DNA from: an uncultured Thermoguttaceae bacterium
GTDB lineage: Bacteria > Planctomycetota > Planctomycetia > Pirellulales > Thermoguttaceae
Assembly: GCA_938042245.1 (NCBI GenBank)
Contig: CALIRO010000016.1
Span: forward strand, 46,004-110,003
Length of the DNA stretch: 64,000 nt
Direction of reading: 5' to 3'
Shown: positions 8,738 to 16,903 of the stretch, piece after piece
Layout of the letters: each line of letters starts with the position of its first letter
How positions within the stretch are numbered: position 1 is the first letter of the stretch
Made by a program: the position numbers and the translations under genes
The notes under the pieces: generated by a model
Database searches by the model: none
What the model saw: only the letters and a program-made list of their open reading frames with translations
What the model was told of the DNA's origin: nothing

Positions 8738-9374
8738 GCACCCGCCTTTCGCCTTCCCGCATAGGCACCTAGGGCTCCGTCTATTTGATTTTTGGGTCTA
8801 TACGGCGGCTGGAAGAAGAGGACACCACTGGGAAAACCAGAGATTTCCATGAGTGCTGTCCGGGCCCTTAAATCCAAAGATTTCGATAGACGAAGCACTA
8901 ATGTTTAATTTAGCCTCTGCCGGTCGGATTGGTCAAGGCAGCACCTGAATCGGTTCCCTTAGGGAAAGTGGCTCGGGATTGGTTGACCTCCACAGCTTAC
9001 ATAGGTGGGAAATTTTGCCCCTCCGGTTGGACAGTTACCGGCCAAACCGATATGATGATACGAACCGCCCGAGCTCGACGTTTTGCCAATGATGAAGTTG
9101 TCTTAGAGAGGCCTTGCCTAAGCCATGGTAACCCTTGGAGTTAGAAAATAAGATGGGCAAATGGGATTTTCGTAACCATAGGTAACAAAAGGACTTATGA
9201 AAACAGCAAAGGTCGAGCCAAACCAGAATCCTCAGCCGGAATCTAAAGGCGCAGCCACGCATGAAGAGCTTTGAGAAATAAACCTGGCCTGGCAAAAATC
9301 CATCCACACTCGGAATCCCGGCGAGATGTTGCAGAGAGTAGTTTCCGCATGGCTTTTGACAGGACCGAGCGATT

Positions 9375-12300
9375 ATGTGGAGTTTTACGATGATGATTGG
9401 AATGGTGTTTGGCGGAACGGCTGCCAGCGAGGCAACCGGAAGAATCCCGCAGATCCCGTTTGAAAAATACAGTTTGCCCAATGGGCTCCAAGTGATCCTG
9501 CACGAGGACCATTCTACGCCGATTGTGTGCGTGAATGTTTGGTATCATGTCGGCTCCAAAGACGAGCAGCTCGGACGGACCGGCTTTGCGCACCTGTTTG
9601 AGCACATGATGTTTCAAGGTTCGGAGCACTATGACCAGGACTATTTTAAGCCGTTGCAGGAAGCCGGCGGTCGGCTGAACGGCTCGACCAGCCAGGACCG
9701 CACCAATTACTGGCAAACGGTGCCGTCCAATTACCTGGAACTGGCCTTGTGGATGGAATCGGACCGGATGGGCCATCTGCTGCCCGCCATGACGCAAGAA
9801 AAGCTGGACAACCAGCGGGATGTGGTAAAAAACGAGCGTCGCCAATCGTATGAAAACCGGCCGTATGGGCTGGTGTATGAGACGATCCTGGCGGCCATCT
9901 TCCCGCCGGAACATCCGTATAGTTGGCCGACTATCGGCTACATGGAAGACCTGGACCGAGCTAGCCGAGAAGACATCGCCCAGTTTTTCCGTCGGTATTA
10001 TCACCCGGCCAATGCCAGCCTGTGTATTGCTGGGGATTTTGACCCGGCCGAGGCCAAGCGCTTGGTGAGGAAGTACTTTAGCGGAATACCGGCCGGTCCG
10101 AAGCCGGTCCGGCAGCCTCCGCCCATGCCTCGGGTGAGCCAACAGCAGCGGATTCGGATGACCGACCGGGTGGGCCTGGCCCGATTGTATCTGGTTTGGC
10201 CCACAGTGCCGGCGTTTACATCGGACGATGCGGCTTTAGAGCTTTTGGCCGGGATTTTAGCCCTCCCGAAGATCGGCCGATTGGAAAAACGTCTGGTTCG
10301 CCAACTCCAATTGGCCCAGGACATCAGCGCCTCGCAGCAGGGGCAGGAATGGGCTGGCGCCTTTGGGATCACCGCCACGTTACGAGCCGGGCAGTCGATG
10401 CCAGAACTGGAAAAAACCATCCAGCAAGAAATCCAACGTCTCCAGCAGGCGCCCCCGTCGGAAGAAGAGCTCCAGCAGGCCCTGCATCGGCTGGAAGCAG
10501 CTTGGATCGCTTCTCTCCAATCGGTGGGCGGCTTCGGCGGGCGGGCTGACCAACTCAACTACTACAATGTCATGACCGGCGATCCGGCCAATCTGACCCG
10601 GGATTTCCAGCGATTTCTCCGCGTCCGGCCCAAAGATGTCCAGCGGGTGGCCCAGCAGTATTTGACCACTGCCTGTGTGGTGCTGGAAGTTCAGCCAGGC
10701 CCAAGAACCAGCATCGAACCGGATCCCCGTATTCCGGCGGCTCGGGCCAGAGAGACCCTCCTACAAAAGCAACCGCTTTCTCCTGCCGCCGCTCCGGAGG
10801 GTTCTTTCGGGGGATCTTCTTTGGGCCCAACGGCTTTCCCCAGTTCGGTTGGCCCCCAAGGAGTGGCTGGTTCATTGGGGAAGGAAGGGACGCCCAATCT
10901 GGAAAAGGAAAGGGCCTCCCACCAAGAAAAGCCAGGGGCCTCCCGTCAGCAGGTCGGGTCAGCTCAGCAGGAGCGGCTTCAGCGTCAGGCAGAACCGGCC
11001 CCTTCGGCTGCCCAGCCCGGAGTACCCTCAGAGCAGCCGGATCGCACCCGGTTACCGCCGCCCGGTCCGCCGCCGAAGTTCACCTTTCCGCCGTTTACTC
11101 GGTTTCGATTGAGCAATGGGTTGGAGGTGGTCTTTGCCGAGTATCATGAACTGCCGTTGGTGGTTTTCCAGATGCTTTTTCGAGCGGGGCGTTCGTCAGA
11201 TCCCCCGGATAAAGCGGGTTTAGCCCATCTGATGGCCGCCGTCTGGGACGAAGGCACCCAGAAACGAAATGGGGAGGAATTAGCGGCTGCGTTGGCCCGG
11301 CTGGGGGCCAGCCTGTCCATCAGTGTGGATTGGGACACCAGCGAGGCCCGGCTCTTTACGCTCAAACACACTTGGACCGAATCGCTTCCGCTTTATGCAG
11401 AGGTCATCTGCCAGCCCCTGTTCCCAGAAAAAGAATTGGAGCGGGAGAAGCAGTTGGCATTAGGTCGGCTTCGGCAATGGCGTAGCGACCCGGCCATGCT
11501 TGCCCAACTGGTTTTTTGCGCAGCCCTGTATGGAGATGAACATCCGTATGGTAAACCTTCCTTAGGTACCCCACTTTCCCTTCGGACTATCAGCCAGGCC
11601 GATCTCCAACAGTTCTATCGGGAGCATATTCGGCCGGAGCGGGCCACCCTGATCGTCGTCGGCGACCTGAACCAGCAGCAGCTCCAGGCCGAACTAGAGA
11701 AAGCCTTCGCCGATTGGAAACCGCCGGAAACTGCTCCGCCGCTCACCCAGGGGATGCTCCCCTCGGCGGCGCCGGCTGCAACCCAACAGCCGCCGGAAAC
11801 CGAACCAAATCAGCAAACTGTCCAAAAGCCGCCGCATGCCTTCCCCGGCCTGAGAGACGCTGCGGCTGGCAGTCTGCCAACCGGAAAAGATGGTCACATA
11901 GATGAGCAAGCTCTCTCCGGAGGGAATGGCCGATGGGGCACGCCGCTGCCTGAACCGCCCCCAATCCACCAACCCAGGCTTCTAGTGCTGGATAAACCGG
12001 CTGCGCCGCAGTCGGTCATCTGGGTAGGCCAGCTCGGTGCCCGGCGGAACTCGCCCGATTACGCCCGGCTGGTGGTGATGAACACCATTTTCGGCGGCCA
12101 GTTCTCCAGCCGACTGAACATGAACCTCCGGGAAACCCATGGCTTTACCTATGGCGCCCGTAGCGCCTTTGACTGGCGCCCCAGGCAACCAGGCCCCTTT
12201 GCCGCCGCTTCCAGCGTCCAAACCGAAGTAACCGCCCAGGCACTCCAAGAGTTTCTCAAAGAAATGGAAGGCCTCCGAGGCACTAAACCGGTTAGCCCGC

Positions 12301-12653
12301 ACGAATTGGAGTTTGCCAAAAATTATCTCTGCCGAGGATACCCGGCCGAATTTGAAACCGCCAGCCAATTGGCCGACCATCTGGAAACCCTTGTGGAATT
12401 CGACCTGCCGGATGATACCTTCAGCCGACTTATCCCAGATGTCCAGGCCGTCCAACCAGAGGATGTCCACCAGATGGCTCAGAAGTTTCTACAACTGGAC
12501 CGACTCTTGATGGTCATTGTAGGCGATCGGGCCAAGATCGAACCGGCTCTTCGGCAGTTGCCCGTTGGCCGAACCCTGGAAATCGTCGAACTGGACGAGG
12601 CCTTCCGCCTGGTTCCGGTCAGCCCGCAGGAGAAGGCTCCAAGCAACCCATAG
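9375..12653 (+). CDS. Tandem M16 (pitrilysin/insulinase-like) zinc peptidase, two M16 halves with low-complexity inserts
   Basis: 1092 aa. The inverted zincin motif is FAHLFEHMMFQGSEHY (HxxEH), with an NGSTSQDRTNY region. The second half repeats the fold (FRLSNGLEVVFAEYHELPLV...). Long P/S/Q-rich segments lie at about aa 470-570 and 790-870. Confidence 0.9.
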   Translation: MWSFTMMIGMVFGGTAASEATGRIPQIPFEKYSLPNGLQVILHEDHSTPIVCVNVWYHVGSKDEQLGRTGFAHLFEHMMFQGSEHYDQDYFKPLQEAGGRLNGSTSQDRTNYWQTVPSNYLELALWMESDRMGHLLPAMTQEKLDNQRDVVKNERRQSYENRPYGLVYETILAAIFPPEHPYSWPTIGYMEDLDRASREDIAQFFRRYYHPANASLCIAGDFDPAEAKRLVRKYFSGIPAGPKPVRQPPPMPRVSQQQRIRMTDRVGLARLYLVWPTVPAFTSDDAALELLAGILALPKIGRLEKRLVRQLQLAQDISASQQGQEWAGAFGITATLRAGQSMPELEKTIQQEIQRLQQAPPSEEELQQALHRLEAAWIASLQSVGGFGGRADQLNYYNVMTGDPANLTRDFQRFLRVRPKDVQRVAQQYLTTACVVLEVQPGPRTSIEPDPRIPAARARETLLQKQPLSPAAAPEGSFGGSSLGPTAFPSSVGPQGVAGSLGKEGTPNLEKERASHQEKPGASRQQVGSAQQERLQRQAEPAPSAAQPGVPSEQPDRTRLPPPGPPPKFTFPPFTRFRLSNGLEVVFAEYHELPLVVFQMLFRAGRSSDPPDKAGLAHLMAAVWDEGTQKRNGEELAAALARLGASLSISVDWDTSEARLFTLKHTWTESLPLYAEVICQPLFPEKELEREKQLALGRLRQWRSDPAMLAQLVFCAALYGDEHPYGKPSLGTPLSLRTISQADLQQFYREHIRPERATLIVVGDLNQQQLQAELEKAFADWKPPETAPPLTQGMLPSAAPAATQQPPETEPNQQTVQKPPHAFPGLRDAAAGSLPTGKDGHIDEQALSGGNGRWGTPLPEPPPIHQPRLLVLDKPAAPQSVIWVGQLGARRNSPDYARLVVMNTIFGGQFSSRLNMNLRETHGFTYGARSAFDWRPRQPGPFAAASSVQTEVTAQALQEFLKEMEGLRGTKPVSPHELEFAKNYLCRGYPAEFETASQLADHLETLVEFDLPDDTFSRLIPDVQAVQPEDVHQMAQKFLQLDRLLMVIVGDRAKIEPALRQLPVGRTLEIVELDEAFRLVPVSPQEKAPSNP

Positions 12654-12864
12654 AGAAAGCGGCTTGGTTTTTCTTTGCCCAGGGAAGAAGTGCGGCTCAT
12701 CGGCCGGCAAGGCAGGTCTTACGGAATCATTGGCTGGCTTGGGAAGGCGATGGAAAAATCATCAGGCTGAGGGGGCCTGGCAATCCCATTTTCTGGGGTT
12801 TTTCGCTGGGTTAAACAGTTTCAGGATGATGCGTTCCGGCCATGTAGGCTCCCGGAGCCATTGG

Positions 12865-14547
12865 CTAACTTTTTGTTTGCTCAGAAAGTGTGTTTAGGGG
12901 AGAGGTTGGGTGGGCGTCTGCGCCGAGTGATGCACCCAAAATCGCCCAAACCATCGCCCAGACCACTGCGCCGGTAACCGCCGTTACCAGGACGATGGAG
13001 AGCATCGTGGATTGGATGCCTAGGGTAGCCGCTCCCAAAGTGCCCAAAAAACTCCCCGCCAGCAGCCCGACGCTGACCGTTAGCAAGGTTCGGAGAAAGG
13101 TTCTGCCGACGCCGCTGATGCCGCCCAACAGGCCGCCGCCCAAAGCCCCAATCAGGCCACCGCCTAAAGCGCCCAACCCTGGTGGGCCTACACCTCGGCT
13201 AGCCACAATCCACACCATCGCTCCCACCATCGCCCCAGCCATTGCGCCCAATATCCCGCCGACAATCGCTCCAGAAACGCCAAAGGTAACCGCTTGCTCC
13301 ATAGGACCAGGCAGAGGGGCCGATCGGATCGGTTCCGGCCATGCTTCCGGCTCGGCCATTGGCTCTGCCTCATCCCGCTGAGTAAATGGTAACTGGGTTA
13401 ACCACTCTTCCGATGCAGACGGCTCTTCAGATGCCTCCGGCTCGGCCAATGGCGCATCTGCCTCCCGGTGGGGAAACGTGAACTGATGTTTCAATTGTTC
13501 AGAAAGTTCTGACTCGGCCAATGGTTCGTCGGATGGCTCTAAAAGGATCCTTTCTTCAGATACATCTGCCTCGGCCAAGGGCTGCCCGGATGGCTGTAAA
13601 CCGCTTTTCTGCTGAGCGGCCAAGCTGTCCGTCGCCAGGCGCTGGACAAGCGGCCTCTCGCCTTGGGCTTCCAGTAGTTCAACCTGTGGCTGGGCTGCAT
13701 GGGCCGGTTTCGACGCCACGGACGCCGCCTCGGCCAGCCGCCTGCTCCAGGCCACAGCGCCTTGCTGGGGACGCTCCTGCCAGTTTGGGGCCAGGGCCTG
13801 ACGAACTACCGCCGCCTCCGCCCTGCTCAGGCCATCGAGAATCGGATCGGCGTGTCGTTGACGCTCCAGAATTTCTTCAGGATTTTGGCCGAACGGTTCC
13901 CGGCCGGTGCGGAGTTTCACATACGTGGCCGCCAAACTATACAAATCTACCGTAGGCGTTAACCTTCCCCGATACGCCTCCGGCGGCAGATAGCCCATCG
14001 TGCCTGCCCCAGAGTGCGAACCGATCGACGCACCAACAAACTTTGCCAGCCCTAAATCGCCGATCTTCACATGGTCCCAAAATAGCAGCAAATTGGCCGG
14101 TTTGATGTCCCGGTGGTAGATGCCTTGGCCGTTGAGGAATTCGATCCCCTCGGCCGCCTCGGCTATGTACCGAACCAGCGGCTCCAGCGGGATGCCCCGG
14201 TGGCCCTCGGCCTGGTAATGCTTCAAGAGGTCTTTCAGAGTCCGGGCCTTTTCATCCGGCGCTAGCTCCCACCGGGTTACCAAATACCCGCCAATTACCC
14301 ACACATCCATCAAAACCACAATCCGCGGATGCCCCGAAAGGAGCTTCAGATATTGCAGATTTTCCAGTTCTTTGGCAATGGCCGAGTTGTCGTCGTCGAT
14401 CGGGTCCAGGGAGACCTTCAGCGCACAGGAAACACCGCTTTGATTGGAGCGGGCCTCAAAAACCTCCGCAGATCCACCCCGGGCAATCCGCCGTACAATC
14501 CGAAGCCCATACTGGCTTTCGAGCACTTCCTGAACGATGGGATCCAT
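12865..14547 (-). CDS. Ser/Thr protein kinase with acidic repeat linker and C-terminal glycine-zipper membrane domain
   Basis: 560 aa, with AGGAG 8 nt upstream. Hanks motifs are VSCALKV, YHRDIKPANLLL, IGDLGLAKF and GTMGYLPPE. The C-terminal ~150 aa is G/A/L-rich (GAIVGGILGAMAGAMVGAMVWIV...LGGGLIGALGGGLLGG). Confidence 0.9.
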   Translation of the reverse strand: MDPIVQEVLESQYGLRIVRRIARGGSAEVFEARSNQSGVSCALKVSLDPIDDDNSAIAKELENLQYLKLLSGHPRIVVLMDVWVIGGYLVTRWELAPDEKARTLKDLLKHYQAEGHRGIPLEPLVRYIAEAAEGIEFLNGQGIYHRDIKPANLLLFWDHVKIGDLGLAKFVGASIGSHSGAGTMGYLPPEAYRGRLTPTVDLYSLAATYVKLRTGREPFGQNPEEILERQRHADPILDGLSRAEAAVVRQALAPNWQERPQQGAVAWSRRLAEAASVASKPAHAAQPQVELLEAQGERPLVQRLATDSLAAQQKSGLQPSGQPLAEADVSEERILLEPSDEPLAESELSEQLKHQFTFPHREADAPLAEPEASEEPSASEEWLTQLPFTQRDEAEPMAEPEAWPEPIRSAPLPGPMEQAVTFGVSGAIVGGILGAMAGAMVGAMVWIVASRGVGPPGLGALGGGLIGALGGGLLGGISGVGRTFLRTLLTVSVGLLAGSFLGTLGAATLGIQSTMLSIVLVTAVTGAVVWAMVWAILGASLGADAHPTSPLNTLSEQTKS

Positions 14548-14843
14548 CGGCTGATCTCCTGGATAAGAGGCGTTCGGAAAAGTTCCCTACCGCCCATCCC
14601 ATCAGAACTGAACCGGACCAGAGCGCCCCTGGTTAGTTTCCACTGCCGATCCAATCCTGATATCTTCATTAAACGCCATTCAGCCCGCGACAACAAGCTG
14701 GCCCAGGCTGTATGCTATTCGATGAGGGGGCTCCGAGCTGCCGTTGCCGCCACCTCTGGAATAAGAGGCCCGGCAGTGCATGGTATCTCAACCCAGCGAA
14801 CCAGCGCCTAAGCCCCTGCGGTCAGGTAGGGATCGTAATTTCC

Positions 14844-16109
14844 CTACCCCACCGGGGCCCCTAGGAACCCTTCGTGCCAGAAGACCGGTTTGTAACCCTG
14901 CTCGGTAACAAACCGGATGGCCGTTTCCACTCGCTGGACCATATCCGGCCGATAGTTCACATAGAACGGCCAGAAATATTGTTCATGGGTCAATAGATCC
15001 ATGAGTTCTGCGGTGTTCGGGTTTTTGGTCAGCGGCTCTAAGGTGGGAACAATCTTCTCCACCGGCGTCTGGTCCATCACAATATCCACCTTGGAAAAGA
15101 CAATGCCCGACTGGAAATCTTTCCACACGTCGTGGGTGAAAATGTATTCGCTGCGCAGGTCGTCCCAGCAATAGTTGATGTCCCATTTGCCTTGGGCGTT
15201 TTTGCGGAAGTAGCCGCTCAGTACCCGCACACCACGTTCATACAACGGTTTGAACACCTCATGCCGGGTCATCGCAAAATGGATGACGGTCGTAGGACTG
15301 TAGGCCTCCTGGCCGGCAAACCGCTTGATCTCGGCGACCACTTTGTCGAAATCCTGCAGCAGCTTTTCGGCCGGAGCGTCCTGATAGGGTCGGGGTGGAT
15401 CGTTGGCCCAGGCGTGGAAGGCAAGCCGAAGCCAATCGGCGTTGTCCCGCCACTCGCCCCGGTACCGATCGGGAAATTGGTTCAGGTTGAAATCCTCGCC
15501 GGTGGTGTAGTAGATGTTCAGGACAAACTTGGTTCCGTACTTCTGGTGGAGTTTGCGCAGGTTGGCCAAATAGAAACAGTCAAAAAGCGACTTGTACTGT
15601 TTCTGGGCGATGTCTCGCAGAAAGAAGCTATTGTCGTCGATGGCCACCCGATACCGAGGGAAGCTCTGACGATCCCAGACGACGCGGATGCGATCTTCGG
15701 CCCGTTGGCCGTCGGGTCCTTCGGCTGTGGCCACAATCTCCGTCTCATGAGCCGTTAGCAGCACTGGGGCTTCAAAGCGCTGCTGGGTACGGGCGGCCGG
15801 TTGGCCGTTGACGCGCACTGGCCAGCCTTCTGGTGCTCGGCCTTCAGCGGTAATGCGAAGTCCGTCTGCGGTTTGCTGACCATGACGGCGGTTGAGCACC
15901 GCGCCATGGAAGGGCGTTTCAATGACCAGCGGTCGATCCGCCGCTTCCGCCCAGCCACTCTGCTGCATAGCTACGTAGCCCTTCCAATCGGAAGCAGCTT
16001 GCCATAGGTCGTTTTGCGCGGCAGCCAGCAAGCGCCGCACTCCCCAGCCGCCTCCCGCCACCGCCACGACACTCCCGCTTGCCCTATGCAAAAACTCCCG
16101 ACGTTGCAT
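14844..16109 (-). CDS. Tat-signal exported protein of unknown function (possibly carbohydrate-active)
   Basis: The track ORF is 14844..16154. The likely start is ATG 16109 (AAGGAG 8 nt upstream), giving MQRREFLHRASGSVVAVAGGG, a twin-arginine signal. No catalytic motif is recognised. It is adjacent to a glycoside-hydrolase-like gene. Confidence 0.7.
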   Translation of the reverse strand: MQRREFLHRASGSVVAVAGGGWGVRRLLAAAQNDLWQAASDWKGYVAMQQSGWAEAADRPLVIETPFHGAVLNRRHGQQTADGLRITAEGRAPEGWPVRVNGQPAARTQQRFEAPVLLTAHETEIVATAEGPDGQRAEDRIRVVWDRQSFPRYRVAIDDNSFFLRDIAQKQYKSLFDCFYLANLRKLHQKYGTKFVLNIYYTTGEDFNLNQFPDRYRGEWRDNADWLRLAFHAWANDPPRPYQDAPAEKLLQDFDKVVAEIKRFAGQEAYSPTTVIHFAMTRHEVFKPLYERGVRVLSGYFRKNAQGKWDINYCWDDLRSEYIFTHDVWKDFQSGIVFSKVDIVMDQTPVEKIVPTLEPLTKNPNTAELMDLLTHEQYFWPFYVNYRPDMVQRVETAIRFVTEQGYKPVFWHEGFLGAPVG

Positions 16110-16441
16110 CTTGGAACTCCTTAAACAGAAAAGAGTAGATAGCACAATTTCCATCCCTAGAAACCGCCAGTTGGCCCTACCTTATCCGCTAAAATATTAG
16201 GTTCCGCTTCCATTTCAATCCCTGGAAATTACCTTAATCCCTGGAAATCACCGGTTGGACCAAACGGTGCGGGCCGACGGCGCCGCCATCCCAGATAGGC
16301 CAACTTCCATCCTTGGAAATAACCCAATTTCTGCCGCTTCCCCTTTATCATGATCTCCTAAGCAGAAAGAAGAAACACCAGCAGGTGAGGCAGGGGAAAG
16401 GGAAATTGGATTTTCCTTCTGCCTGGGGGGACAACCACCAT

Positions 16442-16470
16442 TGTCATTCCTGCGCAAGCAGGAATCCAGG
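16442..16470 (+). repeat. REP-like palindromic repeat, family 1
   Basis: In tgtcattcctgcgcaagcaggaatccagg, the 8-bp stem ATTCCTGC/GCAGGAAT closes a GCAA loop. Confidence 0.7.
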
Positions 16471-16699
16471 CTACCCGGAGTCCACTCCCGGTGTCGTGCC
16501 TGGGTTTCCGCTTGCACGAGGATGGCAAAGGGCTGAGCTTTTTTCTATAGAGTTCTGGAATTTCCGAATAATGCAAAAGATATGTTTTTATACTATTTTG
16601 TGCGGTGCTGCTGCCCCCACCAGGTAGGATTGCTAGCGATGCTAGCATACCACCAATAGTAGCTCTCATCTAAAATCTTTTTAGGAGTACTAGGATTAT

Positions 16700-16735
16700 A
16701 TGTTCATAGAGTTCACGTAATGTTCAGCATTTTCC
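16700..16735 (+). other. 36-nt AT-rich element with three GTTCA direct repeats and a coupled mini-ORF (copy 1)
   Basis: The sequence is atGTTCAtagaGTTCAcgtaatGTTCAgcattttcc. It is 30/36 identical to 29437-29472. It encodes MFIEFT-stop, overlapping (TAATG) a second ATG at 16720. Confidence 0.5.
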
Positions 16736-16795
16736 AGAAGTTCTTTCTCTCTTTCGCAGAAACGCCAGAGCAAGTAGGTTCATGGGAACCTGGGG

Positions 16796-16820
16796 CCTGC
16801 TTGCGCGGGGATGAGAATCG
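16796..16820 (-). repeat. Degenerate family-1 REP-like unit (inverted)
   Basis: cctgcttgcgcggggatgagaatcg reverse-complements to cgattctcatccccgcgcaagcagg. Confidence 0.45.
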
Positions 16821-16903
16821 AACCGCCCCTTTTTTCATTCCTGCTGGCCGTATTTGTCAGCCTGGCATAGGCATACCACCAGAAGCTTGTTTCCATGGAC
16901 AAT

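Noticed and set aside
9243-10142. Long antisense ORFs inside real genes. Examples are 9243..10142(-), 10001..10558(-), 20554..20994(-), 21082..21711(-), 23267..24001(-), 15132..15758(+), 53813..54529(+), 60243..60749(+), 35..36 kb (+) and 1..378(+).
   Set aside because: Each lies opposite a gene with clear domain signatures. Each is Arg/Pro/Gly-rich, as expected for shadow frames in GC-rich DNA, and lacks motifs or an SD.
16796-16835. The gaatcgaacc motif suggested a minus-strand tRNA T-arm, and the GGGG..CCCC+T6 suggested a + strand terminator.
   Set aside because: No T-stem, anticodon arm or acceptor pairing can be built. The segment aligns instead with the inverted family-1 REP consensus. 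The hairpin has only a 4-bp stem with a 15-nt loop.
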